NCBI GenBank assembly: GCA_963789265.1
Contig: CAWBKB010000001.1
Span: 1,888,001 to 1,952,000 of the forward strand
DNA: 64,000 nt
From: an uncultured delta proteobacterium
Lineage (GTDB): Bacteria > Desulfobacterota > Desulfomonilia > Desulfomonilales > Desulfomonilaceae
Direction: 5' to 3'
Every line of letters starts with the position of its first letter. The stretch's first letter is position 1. Under the pieces are notes generated by a model that was not told the DNA's origin, ran no database searches, and was given only the letters and a program-made list of their open reading frames with translations. Of this stretch, positions 10,102 to 21,101 are shown piece after piece. Both the position numbers and the translations under genes were made by a program.

Positions 10102-10439
10102 GATCGAAAATCCTCCAAATCCCCCAACCTGGTCGAGTAGATCGTGTGCTCGGACCATCTTCATAGCTTCTCTACATTTTACAGTGTTGCGACAACGAAT
10201 ATGGTTCCGGATTCAGACGGGTGCGGTGCATCGCAAAGCGGCCCGAACCGCTCACATCTTGGCACGACAATTGTCGTCGATTATTGTGATTGAATTAGGG
10301 CGTTGAAGGGGATACAGTAAAGCTATGCTGTTCAGTCTGGGGGGCAAATTTTCCTTGTGATTTGTAATGAGATGTAGGTCCATTTTGGAAAATTGCTAAA
10401 AACACCAAATTAACTCACACAAAGGGGAGGTCTAATCCA

Positions 10440-11234
10440 ATGAAACGATGCTTAATCAGTCTACTAGCAGTTGTCATCGGCCTGTTAGTCCTCGGTACTT
10501 CCGGCAATTGTCTTGCCGGGAGCAAGGAAGACGTATCGAGTTCATGCGTGGCGCCCGCACGAGGCCCCATTCTGGCTATGGCTCAGGAATCGACTGCCTC
10601 TCGGGCTCAGTCTCCAGCGGCCCCGGTCCAGCCTCTGGCGAAAGTCGGTAAACCCGCCCCTGATTTCGAGGCCAATGCTTTTGTTAACGGGATGTTCAAG
10701 AATGTCAAACTGTCGGACTACAAAGGCCAATGGGTAGCGCTCTGCTTCTATCCTGGCGACTTCACTTTTGTTTGACCGACCGTACTCACGGCAGTTGCCG
10801 CGAAGTATAATGAGCTGAAGTCATTGGGTGTGGAAGTACTGGCTTTAAGCACTGATAGTCGCTTTTCTCACAAGATATGGCAGGAAGCCGAACTAACCAA
10901 GATGATCCCCGGAGGCGTGCCGTATCCGATGCTTTCGGACGCCGGAGGCATGATTGGGAAAGTTTACGGGGTCTATGACGAGACTTCAGGGGTCAATATT
11001 CGCGGAAGATTCATAATCGACCCAGACGGAACAATCCAGGCTATGGAAATCTTGACCCCATCGGTCGGGCGCAATGTCGCCGAACTGATCCGGCAGGTGA
11101 AGGCATTTCAACATGTGCGACAAACCGGGGAGGCCACTCCATCCGGTTGGCAACCAGGGAGGCCGACATTGAAACCCGGCCCTGAGTTGGTAGGACAGGT
11201 GTGGAAGATTTGGAAGCCTGACAAGGCATTCTAG
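10440..11234 (+). CDS. prxU: Selenocysteine peroxiredoxin (PrxU-like) with N-terminal signal peptide; TGA 10773-10775 read as Sec
   Basis: ORFs 10440..10775 and 10824..11234 are in frame: [30 protein letters not shown]. The TGA sits at the peroxidatic Cys position. Confidence 0.92.
10782..10808 (+). promoter_or_regulatory. Candidate SECIS element of prxU
   Basis: CGGC-AGTT-GCCG upper stem-loop with a TACT/AGTA lower stem, just 3' of the TGA. Confidence 0.65.
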
Positions 11235-11275
11235 TAACTGTCAGTTCCGCAACGAGGCCTAATGAGCATTAATCC

Positions 11276-11326
11276 GGACTTCATCTGATTTTTCTACAAA
11301 TTGACGAGAATTATCAGATGAAGTCC
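11276..11326. terminator. Long inverted repeat between convergent genes (terminator or small repeat element)
   Basis: GGACTTCATCTGAT...ATCAGATGAAGTCC, 14-bp perfect arms. Confidence 0.5.
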
Positions 11327-11346
11327 TATCCATTACGGCTCATACC

Positions 11347-11508
11347 TCAATTGGAAACCCCCTCTCGGATCTCCGATACTGCCTGCTCGAAACCCACTGG
11401 CTCTGAAGGCCCGCTTTTGGCTTCATCGTAGGCACGGATATCATCGAGTTCTTCAAGCATCTCGCAAGCTGCTGTTATATGGCCGCCTGAGACATGATCT
11501 TTTTCCAT
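11347..11508 (-). pseudogene. Remnant of a small antitoxin (C-terminal part)
   Basis: EMLEELDDIRAYDEAKSGPSEPVGFEQAVSEIREG resembles antitoxins of RelE/ParE partners; no toxin ORF follows. Confidence 0.5.
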
Positions 11509-11855
11509 CAGGTCGCCGTTTCCTGTTCCAAGATCTTCAGTACGTCTTCGCGAAGCGAGGGTATCCTTTTTTCCACAACGTCCCAAACGATGTCATAGTC
11601 AACTCCAAAATAGTCGTGGATTAGACGATCTCTCATTCCCGCTATGGATTTCCACTTCACGGCAGGATATCGATTCTTAAGTTCAGATGGGATCTTCTTC
11701 GATGCTTCCCCTATGATTTCGATGCTTCACACGAACGCTCGTTTGAGCGTCGCATCTTCCAGAAACTGCTCTTTGCTCAGCCCCTGTTTTTGAAGAATGA
11801 GATATTCCGTTTCATCAAGTATGTGGCGAAGATACTCAAGCGGCGAGACCTGCAT
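11508..11855 (-). pseudogene. HEPN (DUF86/HepT-like) RNase toxin with a nonsense codon at 11729-11727
   Basis: Manual translation: MQVSPLEYLRHILDE...[13 protein letters not shown]...[27 protein letters not shown]. The R-X4-H motif is intact; the stop is at the conserved Arg of AFVRS. Confidence 0.85.
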
Positions 11856-12144
11856 ACTCAACCTCTCTGAGAATGTGAGGACCAATGTAGGGGCTGAGAG
11901 ATTCTACAGTGACGACTTCAGTCCTGTGCTGAAGAATGTCGTCCACAAAGAAGCACAATTCCATAAAAGCATCGAATGTCTTTTGTCCTGGCTCAAATTC
12001 GACCAGTAGATCGATGTCACTGTCAGGCCGCTGCTCTCCGCGAACAAAAGAGCCAAACAATCCGATCTTCTTCACGCCCAGCGCCCGCAAGCGAGATCGG
12101 TTCTGTTCGAGTGTAGCCAGAATATCCTGCTTTGTCTTGATCAT
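11836..12144 (-). CDS. Minimal nucleotidyltransferase (MNT/MntA-like antitoxin)
   Basis: LFGSFVRGEQRPDSDIDLLVEF motif; overlaps the HEPN start. Confidence 0.9.
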   Translation of the reverse strand: MIKTKQDILATLEQNRSRLRALGVKKIGLFGSFVRGEQRPDSDIDLLVEFEPGQKTFDAFMELCFFVDDILQHRTEVVTVESLSPYIGPHILREVEYAGLAA

Positions 12145-12270
12145 AGCCTAACCGGGCTCCGACGATTATCAAATGTGTGATGCCGGGGAAACTCGCCGGA
12201 CACGTCTTGACTTCAAGTTCCACGCCGCATATTTTTATCACATCAAAATGCTCCAAATCCAGGAGACACT

Positions 12271-12501
12271 ATGCCCCTCTCACTTGCCGAAATCGAACAG
12301 GAAGTTAGTCAGCTCACTCCGGAGGAGAGGGCGCGATTAAATTCTTTCCTGATCGCCTCTCTTGAGCCCACCGACGAGGGAGATATCGAGGCCGCGTGGG
12401 AGCAAGAGGTCCTGGCTCGGTCAGCGGAGGTTCAAGAAGGCCGCGTCGTTCCTGTCCCGGCTGACGAGGCTCTTGCTCGTTTGCGCCGCAGATTGTTGTG
12501 A
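12271..12501 (+). CDS. Addiction-module antitoxin (TIGR02574-like)
   Basis: LTPEERARL...IEAAWEQEVLARSAEVQEGRVVPVPADE; GTGA overlap with the next gene. Confidence 0.8.
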   Translation: MPLSLAEIEQEVSQLTPEERARLNSFLIASLEPTDEGDIEAAWEQEVLARSAEVQEGRVVPVPADEALARLRRRLL

Positions 12502-12597
12502 GAGAGTTCCGGATACATCCTTCTGCCGAGGCCGAGCTGGCCGGGGCAGCTCGATTCTATGAAGCGCGACTGGCCGGTCTTGGACAGGACTTCCTTG
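12498..12597 (+). pseudogene. Truncated ParE/RelE-family toxin (N-terminal ~33 aa)
   Basis: FRIHPSAEAELAGAARFYEARLAGLGQDFL; similarity then ends abruptly. Confidence 0.75.
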
Positions 12598-12813
12598 GGG
12601 TTCTTTTCGGAAGCCGGGATTTCCGTCGAAACTCACCTTCTCATTCGAGGAGTGAGCCCCGGGGGAGATCTCGCGAGATTTGCTCAGGAACAGAGCATTT
12701 ACGAGATCCTCGTGGGTGTAAGAAAGACTTCCGCGGTGGGCAAGACACTCTTCGGATCCAATGCCGGGCACGTGATTTTACATGCGCCCTGCCCTGTTGT
12801 CAGTGCGACATAA
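12598..12813 (+). pseudogene. Universal stress protein, C-terminal fragment lacking its 5' half
   Basis: GISVETHLLIRGVSPGGDLARFA...VGVRKTSAVGKTLFGSNAGHVILHAPCPVV. Confidence 0.75.
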
Positions 12814-12838
12814 TCATTCAAAGGAGAAAGTCAGGCAA

Positions 12839-13945
12839 ATGAACAAATTATTTGAACGTAGTTCAATCAACGGAATGGAGTTGTCGAATCGTTTTGTCCG
12901 GTCCGCCACATGGGAGGGAATGGCCGCGGAGGACGGATCGGTCACTCCGAAATTGACTGAAACCTTGGTGGCACTTGCAAAGGGAGGCGTGGGACTGATC
13001 ATGACCAGTCACGCCTATATTCTGCCGGAAGGCCAGGCCGCGCCGTGGCAACTCGGCATATACAAAGATGAGCACATTGAAGGTCTCCGGGAATTGACCG
13101 CGGCTGTTCACGGTTCGGGAGCCAAAATTGTAATGCAGATCTCACACGGTGGCAACTTTGCTCTGAAGCAGTTAATCGGAAGGCCCCCGCTGGTTGTCTC
13201 GAACTTTGAGGGACTTTCAAAGTCACCCCGCGAAGAGATGAGCACCGAATACATTGGCAATGTTGTGACCGCGTTTGCCGATGCCGCGCGAAGGGCCAAA
13301 GCCGCAGGATTTGACGGAGTTCAAATCCATTCGGCGCACGGGTACCTTCTGAGTCAATTCCTATCCCCTGCGTTTAATCGTCGGAAGGATGATTACGGGG
13401 GAGGCATCGAAAATAGGGCTAGGATTCATCTGAACATTTATCAGGCCATCCGAGAAGTCGTCGGCGAAGGATTTCCCATATTGATCAAGTTGAACTGCCA
13501 GGATTTCTCTGACAACGGGTTAACCTTGGAGGACTCTCTCCAGGTTGGACGCATGTTGGCCGACGCGGGTTTGGCCGCTATCGAGCTGAGCGGCGGATTA
13601 CTGACCGGCGGAAAGTTATCTCCCAGCCGGTTCGGAATAAAATCGGAGGAACAAGAAGCCTATTTCAGGGAAGAGGCACAGGCTTTCAAAAATGAGATCA
13701 ATATACCCTTGATCCTGGTTGGTGGCATACGATCCTTGGAAGTGGCAGAGCGCTTGATTGAAGACGGAGTAGCAGATTACGTATCCATGAGCCGCCCCTT
13801 GATCAGAGAACCTGCACTGGTCAATCGGTGGAAAGCCGGCGATCGCGGCAGAGCGCTGTGCAAATCGGACAATTTGTGTTTCGGCTCGGGCGGGCAAGGA
13901 GACGGTATCTACTGCGCTACCGAAAAACAAGAAAAGGGGAAATAG
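12839..13945 (+). CDS. NADH:flavin oxidoreductase (old yellow enzyme family)
   Basis: NRFVRSATWE, QISHGG, GFDGVQIHSAHGYLLSQFLSP, RPLIREP; ATG behind an AAGGAG RBS. Confidence 0.92.
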   Translation: MNKLFERSSINGMELSNRFVRSATWEGMAAEDGSVTPKLTETLVALAKGGVGLIMTSHAYILPEGQAAPWQLGIYKDEHIEGLRELTAAVHGSGAKIVMQISHGGNFALKQLIGRPPLVVSNFEGLSKSPREEMSTEYIGNVVTAFADAARRAKAAGFDGVQIHSAHGYLLSQFLSPAFNRRKDDYGGGIENRARIHLNIYQAIREVVGEGFPILIKLNCQDFSDNGLTLEDSLQVGRMLADAGLAAIELSGGLLTGGKLSPSRFGIKSEEQEAYFREEAQAFKNEINIPLILVGGIRSLEVAERLIEDGVADYVSMSRPLIREPALVNRWKAGDRGRALCKSDNLCFGSGGQGDGIYCATEKQEKGK

Positions 13946-13988
13946 TCTGACACCGACCGGCTTTCAAACAAGTGACATCGTGTTTCTG

Positions 13989-14069
13989 GTAGGGACGGGT
14001 TTGAAACCCGCCCCTACATATTGTCATGCCCGCTTAGCCGGTGGAGGTAGGGGCGAATGGCATTCGCCC
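13989..14069. repeat. GTAG-type REP copy 3 plus a second GTAG REP
   Basis: GTAGGGACGGGTTTGAAACCCGCCCCTACATATTGTCATGCCCGC, then GTAGGGGCGAATGGCATTCGCCC. Confidence 0.8.
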
Positions 14070-14101
14070 TGGACGACCGCAATCGTCAGGCAATTGCCAT
14101 A

Positions 14102-17100
14102 ATGAATCGCCTTGCAAGAGAATTGTCCCGACTCTGTCAAGAGCATATTCTAGAGGAAAAATGGCTCATCGCGCCGTCTCTTCGGGTGGGTCATCAGTGG
14201 CTGGATATTGTGACGCTCGCGGCCGGGCCGGTCTTGAATGTGCGCATTAAGACTCTGAAAGGTCTCGCTCTGGACCTGGCAGGGCCGAAAATGGCCGAGT
14301 CGGGATTTTCACTGATCACTGCCACCGGCTCGCTGATTCTGATTGATCGAATATTGAATCAGCTCCGAAGCTCCTATTCAGGCTATCTTTCATCCTTACC
14401 TCCAAGCCCCACTCTATCTCGGACAGTTTGCTCCGCCATCGATGCCATCAGGCTCGCCAACCTCAATGCAAATGATTTGCACCCGCAATGTTTTGAAGCT
14501 CCTGAAAAGAGCAAGGACCTGGCCTTCATTCTAACTGAATACCTCCAAATACTGGGTGAAAAGCGCCTCATTGATTATGCAACCGCCCTGAGCATGGCAA
14601 AAGATCGATTGCTGGCAGAACCCGACAAGTCTCGGTGCTGACGTGATTGTGCTGGTACCGGGAGATCTGGATGTTGGATTCATGGAACTGGCGCTTGTAC
14701 AGGCCCTGCCTGCCGCAGGGCGAATTGACTTGGCCGTAGATCCAATCGAGCTAGCACCGAATGAGATCTCCGGGGACATCAGCGACGCAAATCTGTTGAG
14801 GTGGATCCTTTCTCCCAATTCAGCTCCTCTTTCGAGTAACGACGGTACCGCCACCATTTTCAGCGCAGTGGGCGAAGTCAATGAAGTGCGAGGAGTTCTG
14901 CGCAGATGCCTCTCGGAAGGCCACAGATTCGACGAAGTCGAGATCCTTCACACTGACCCGGCAACCTATGTTCCACTGATTTATGAAATTATCGTACCCC
15001 CGGATACGGAACCTTCATTTGACCATGAGAGCTTGCCCGTGACATTTGCAGAAGGCATTCCCACCCGGTACTCCAAACCGGGGCGTGCACTGACTGGCTG
15101 GCTGGACTGGTTACGGGGCGGTTACGTGCAGGCGGTCCTCGCCCGAATGATTCAGGACGGACTTCTCAATCTACCTGGCACGGATGCCCATGAACTGAGT
15201 TTTTACCAATTAGCGGCCCTATTCCGAGAGGTCGGTATCGGCCTCGGAAGAGACCGCTACATTCCCACCCTGGTCGAAAAGATCAAACAACTAGAGCGCG
15301 TGCCCGATAACGGGTCCCTTCGGGGCAGTGACTCGAACCGTGTCGGCGACCGACACACGACCGAGGCTTCCCTCGAAAGGCTCAAGATATTGCTCGAAGT
15401 GATCGAAAGGCTCCTGGGAGTTTCCCCCGCAGCAAACTGTACGCATGATGAGCTACTGACCGCCGCGAACAGATTCTTGGAAGAATTTGCCCGCAGCGAG
15501 ACCGAACTGGACAACTACTCCTTGATTGCTCTCCTGGATCCAATAAACGAGATGGCGTTTTGGACAGATGAGGCCGCGGAGCCCATCAGCCTCGATCTGT
15601 GGGAATGGCTCGCGTCACTGCCGGAAACTGTTCGAGTGGGCGGGAGCGGCCCCAGGCCGGGACGATTGCACGTGGCCCATGTTCTGTCAGGCGGACATTC
15701 GGGCCGGAAGCATACATTCATTATCGGCTTGGATGATGGCCGCTTTCCTGGTGCAGGCTTGAACGACCCGCTTCTTCTGGACGAGGAACGAGGAAAGCTC
15801 TCCCCCAAGCTACCAAAGGCTTCGGCACAGCTCGGCCTGAAGCTGGAGAAGCTCGCCGGGTTGCACGCGAGACTGCGGGGCACGGTCACACTTGGTTTTT
15901 CATGTTTGAATCTTCAAGAAGACCGTGAAATGTTCCCGAGCCCGGTGGTTTTGTCCGCGTATCGCATTCTTTCAAACAATCGCGATGGCGATCAGGGTGA
16001 CATGATGACCTGGCTCTCTGTCCCGGACTCATTCGCTCCCCGCGCCGCCGACCTGTGCCTTAACGAACAGGAATGGTGGCTTTGGCGTTTGTGCGGCCCT
16101 GAGGCCATTTCCGATGCCTGCGAGGTTGTGGGCCGACGTTTTCCTCATTTGGCCCAAGGGTTCATAGCGGCCGCAGCGCGGAACAGCGACGAGTTCACAA
16201 TTTATGATGGATTACTGTCCACCCCTTCTCCGGACCTGGACCCGTTTTCGCCTAGCGGCCCGGTCATGTCGGCTCGTCGGCTTGAGACTATAGGTTCCTG
16301 TCCGCTTCGATATTTCTTCAAATACGTCCTGGACATTTCCCCTCCTGAAGAGTTGGTGGTCGATCCGTCGAGATGGTTGGACCCGGTTGATTTCGGCAAT
16401 CTGCTGCACGAAGTGTTCTACCGTTTCATGAGCGAACTTTTGGCGGAACGGCGGCTACCGTTATATGAACGTGATAGGCCGAGGCTGTTCAAAATACTGG
16501 ACCAACAAATCAATGAATATCAAAATCGGTTCCCGCCGCCCAATCCGAGCGCTTTTCGCCAACAGTGGCTGCAACTGATCCAAAGTGCTCAAATCTTCCT
16601 CATCGAAGAGGAAGAACTGTGTCGTTACAGTAAGCCGCTGTATCTCGAAGCCTCCATTGGAATGCCGCCTTACGAACGGTCCAGCCCTCTCGACGTCCTG
16701 GAGCCTGCAATCATCAGGCTCCCCAGCGGTAAAACCATAAGAGGCCGCGGCCGAATCGACCGCGTGGACGGCATTGATGATGACTCCAAATCCGAGTTCT
16801 CGATCTGGGACTACAAGACCGGCAGACCGACAAGATACGAGAAGCCCGACACGCTCTCGCAGGGTCGAGTAATTCAGCACGCTCTCTACACTGAGATGGC
16901 GAGAGCTATCTTGAGAAAGAAGATATCGCCGGGAGCCGCAGTGTCTCACTTTGGGTATTTTTTCCCCGGAAGCGGTTATCGCGGTGTCCGCATACGGCGG
17001 TGGCCTCATCAGATGACGGAAGCCACTGGCATTATCGAAAGGCTCTGCAGAATCGTGGCCTCGGGTTCTTTTCTCCCGACAAACGATTCCAAGGAGGATT

Positions 17101-17231
17101 GCCCTTTTTGCGATTATCTCTTTATATGTGGAAACACCACCGCTCTTGCCGCTGCAAGCACGCGCAAGCTCAAGAATCTTCGCAACGCGAGTTTACAACC
17201 TTTCCGAGAGTTGAGGAACCTTGTTGCATGA
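14102..17231 (+). CDS. addB: AddB-like inactive helicase / PD-(D/E)XK nuclease with Fe-S staple; +1 frameshift near 14630
   Basis: SCPLRYF, GNLLHEV, RGRIDRVD, IWDYKTG, CPFCDYLFIC. ORFs 14057 and 14643 join after removing one base. Confidence 0.8.
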
Positions 17232-20200
17232 TCCTCTGAAAAGGCCGCCGGACCAGGACCAACGGGACACAGTTCTTAACGAACTCGACAAGACTCTGCT
17301 GGTCGAGGCGGCGGCCGGCACCGGCAAGACCACCGGCATGATCGGCCGAATGGTCAAACTGTTGGCATCAGGTAAATGCTCGATAGATGCTCTAGCTGCG
17401 GTGACTTTCACTCGTAAGGCTTCCGCGGAGTTGCGGGCCCGGTTTCAAGTTGAGTTGGAAAGAGCACACAGAAGCGCGGAAACTTTGTCAAGGAAACTTC
17501 TGTCCGAAGCCCTATCAGGGATCGAACGATGCTTCATAGGGACGATCCATTCTTTTTGCGCCAGAATGTTGCGCGAGCGTCCTGTGGAAGCCGGGGAGGA
17601 CTTGGCTTTCGAGGAGATTGATGAGGCAACAGATCAGGAGCTACGGCAGCTAGCCTGGGACCAATATGTGTCAAATCTCTATGCTTCCGATTCTCCCATA
17701 CTGGCGGAGTTAGAGGCCGTTGGAGTTGAGGTGGGCCAGCTCCAAGAGGCTTTCATGAAATTTGCCGATTATCCCGATGTGGACGAATGGCCGGCCAGAG
17801 TGCTTCCTGCGCCTGACCTCGGGCCCGCGCTGGAGCAACTGGCCGAGTACGTCCGTCATATTGGACGGCTTGCCGTGTCCCTCCCAGAAGACTCCGGAAA
17901 CGATACGCTCATTCCCAAGTATCGAATCATCCCCCTCATGTTTCGACAGCTCAAGCATCGTAGGCCCCACGAGATAGTCGAGATCCTCTCTCAGGTCACC
18001 AAAGTGAAAATTGTGAAGAAGAAACTGGCCGGAGGGGAGTCGGCAAGCGTTAGATGAGCTGCAAAGGTGGGACAATTTCCGAGAGGAAATAGCTGAACCC
18101 ATAATGAAGTCGTGGCTCGAGTTCAAGTATGAACCGCTGATGAGAGCCATTCGGCCCGCGACAGAAATTTATGACGAGCTGAGAATGAAGTCCGGAAGAC
18201 TCAATTATCAGGACCTTCTCATGCACGCGGCTCGACTTCTTAGAGACAAGCCATCGGTCAGGGAATATTTTCGCCGACGGTTCACTCGTATCCTGGTTGA
18301 TGAATTCCAGGACACCGATCCAATCCAGGCTGAGGTCTTGATGTTCCTCACATCCGACGATCCACTGGAGCAGGATTGGCGCAGGTGTCGGCCGATTCCC
18401 GGCTCTCTGTTTGTCGTAGGAGACCCGAAGCAGTCTATCTACCGGTTTCGCCGGGCCGACATCGTAACGTACAATCAGGTCAAAGAGATCATCCGGCGCA
18501 ACGGAGGCCAAGTGGTGCATCTTTCGGCCAATTTCCGGACGCTCCCGCCCCTTGTTGATTGGGTCAATGAAACGTTTGAGGAGAAGTTCCGAGAATATCC
18601 GACCGAGTGTTCCCCCGAATATGTGCCCCTTTTACCGGTACGAGGTGCCGAGACCAAGGCAGGTATTGTCAGTGTTCGGACGCTGTGGATACCCAAGGCA
18701 TACCGGAACAACGACCAAATAGGGGAATACGAGGGCGGTATGATCGCCGGCACGATCCGACATGCGCTGGACAAGGGGCTCACTCTACCCCGGACTGAGA
18801 AAGAAGCCGCGGCAGGAGTGCCCAAACGAGTCCACCCGGGAGATTTTCTTATCGTGACCCCGACGACAGGTAAACTGGGCGTTTACAGCAGGAAACTTCA
18901 GGAGTTGGGGATTCCTCATCTCGTTACCGGCGGAAGTGCGATGAATCAAGTTCAGGAACTGATGTTGTTGCACACCTGCCTTGTTGCTGCTACCCAACCC
19001 GAAAATCCCGTGGCTCTGGTCGCTGCCCTAAGAAGTGAACTCTTCGGCATGAGCGATCAGGCTCTGTATGATTTCAAACAGTGCGGAGGTCAATTTTCCT
19101 TTCACAGCTCGATTCCGAATGCCCTCGACTTGCAGGCAAGCCGCGCCTTTGCGGACGCATTCGACCGCCTGCGAAAATATGCGCTCTGGCTGTTACGGTT
19201 TCCGGCTGTCTCTGCCATCGAAAGGATATCGGACGACCTTGGGCTTGCGGCTCGAGCGTGTGCCGGTCCCGGAGGCGATGTTCAAGCTGGGAGTCTGGCC
19301 AAGGCCATAGAATTGTTGCGTGACGCTCAGACCGAACACTGGACGGTGGCCGGACTGGTAGAGAGTTTGGGCAAGTTCATTCAAGAGGACGAGACTCATG
19401 ACGCGATACCTGCGAGACCTCCCGAAATACCAGTTGTCAGAGTCATGAATCTGCACAAAGTAAAGGGCCTTGAGGCTCCTGTGGTCTTTCTGGCGGATCC
19501 GACAGGAAACAAAACCCACCCGGTGGATTTGCACATAGACCGTTCAGGAGACAGGGTTTGCGGATACATGGCCATCGAAGGCAATGTCTTGGGGAGGGGT
19601 AGAAAGGCGGTCCTGGCTCTGCCGGAGCAATGGGAGTCTTTTGCCGACAAAGAAGAGCAATTTCAGCAAGCTGAAGTTCTCCGCCTCCGTTACGTTGCGG
19701 CCACCAGGGCTGGATGTCGGCTCATAGTTTCACAGCGGGAGAATTTTCAGAATCTGAACCCTTGGGCATTCTTTGAACCTCACCTGACCGACCAGCCTTC
19801 GCTCTCTGAGCCGGGTCCGCAAAAGGCCGACATCGACACTCCAATTACTGTTAGCGAACAAGAAGTGTCCAAGGGGGTAGCTGCGATTGGTCAAAAGTGG
19901 ATCAATGCGGTCCCAAACACCTATTCAGTCGCCTCAGTGAAAAAGGAGGCCCTGGAAAAAGAGAGAATCCTCTACCATCACGGCGAGCACGGCGTCGAAT
20001 GGGGTTCCGTGATACACCTGCTCCTGCAAACCGCGATGACCGTACCCGACTCCAAGTTGGACGCATTAGCCCGGGCCGCACTGTCGGAGCAGGGTCTCGA
20101 CCCGGCGCTGGCTGAACATGCTCTCGAAACGGTCGCGTCGGTTACGAGATCGGAAGTGTGGAAACGTGCCCTGGACAGCCAACGTCGGCTGGTGGAAACG

Positions 20201-20476
20201 CCCTTCCAGAGGCTGATGCCGGACAAAGAAACGAATCGTGGGACGATTCTGAGAGGTGTCATAGACCTTGCCTTCCTGGAAGAAGCAGGCGGTTGGGTGA
20301 TCGTTGATTACAAGACTGATCGTGTCGCCAAGGAACGAATGCCCGAGCTTGTCGATTTGTATCGTCCCCAGGTGATCGGTTACTCGGAAGCATGGGAGCA
20401 GATTACCGGTCAATCGGTGAGTGAGGTTGGCCTATATTTTATCCATGTTCAAAGTTATGTGAAAATAGGAATGTAG
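17221..20476 (+). CDS. addA: AddA-like UvrD helicase-nuclease; +1 frameshift near 18023
   Basis: AAAGTGKT, TIHSFC, DEFQDT, VGDPKQSIYRFRRAD, HKVKGLE, YVAATRA, RGVIDL...VDYKT. Confidence 0.88.
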
Positions 20477-20495
20477 CGATAATACGGGACAGCAA

Positions 20496-21047
20496 TCAAA
20501 GGCCCTTGATCCTGTATACGATATTCTGATCCAAGTCCTTCTGATCCAAGTCGATTTCGGCAATCCCTCTGCGAACCAGCTCTTGTATTATTTTGTCGGC
20601 CTTATCGAATGAAACGTCCAATTCCAGAGCCAATCTTGCAGCAGTGAGCGAATTCCCATATTTCATGGCCACAAGAAGAGCTTCATTGGTGTCTTTCAGC
20701 CGGGGGCGCCACGCCATGAGCGCGCTGCCCAACCCGATCATTGCCAGCCCGGTCAGTACTGTCTGCGGCCCGATCAGCGAAAATGCGTACAAAGGACAGG
20801 AGCCCAGAATGGTGACCGCGCCGAGAATCACCAGCCCTCTGCCCCCCCACTTTCGCCGCGAGGCTTTTTGAGCACGTTCTTTCAGGTGTTCTTGGATTAT
20901 CTCTCTGGTGTTGAAAGGCCTTTCTCGGCCGGTCGTAACCGTCCGCGGAGTTTCCTCCTCAAGAGGTCTCTCCCGCGTGGTGGGCCGTTCGTATTGATTA
21001 TGATCTGATGGCTTGTATTCTTCCACGTGGCTTTCCACCGGCAGCAT
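20496..21047 (-). CDS. Hypothetical membrane protein (two TM helices, C-terminal winged-helix-like domain)
   Basis: 183-aa ORF with a hydrophobic hairpin, then LTAARLALELDVSFDKADKIIQELVRRG. Confidence 0.65.
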   Translation of the reverse strand: MLPVESHVEEYKPSDHNQYERPTTRERPLEEETPRTVTTGRERPFNTREIIQEHLKERAQKASRRKWGGRGLVILGAVTILGSCPLYAFSLIGPQTVLTGLAMIGLGSALMAWRPRLKDTNEALLVAMKYGNSLTAARLALELDVSFDKADKIIQELVRRGIAEIDLDQKDLDQNIVYRIKGL

Positions 21048-21101
21048 CTGGAATTTGTAGACGTTTCCATCTTATCAGCAGGTTGAAACTATGTCCACGG
21101 A

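Noticed and set aside
11276..11326. Inverted repeat next to TA genes as an integron attC site
   Set aside because: No properly placed RYYYAAC/GTTRRRY boxes, no cassette periodicity and no integrase in the window.
11727..11729. In-frame TGA in the HEPN gene as a fourth selenocysteine
   Set aside because: The position aligns with a conserved Arg (AFVRS), not Cys, and no convincing SECIS hairpin follows; a nonsense mutation is simpler.
6931..14069. Repeated ~29-bp palindromes as a CRISPR array
   Set aside because: Copies are kilobases apart with genes between them, and there are no spacers or cas genes.
14102..20476. Helicase-nuclease pair as a novel defence system or Cas4/Cas3 locus
   Set aside because: Order, sizes and motifs fit housekeeping AddAB recombination enzymes.
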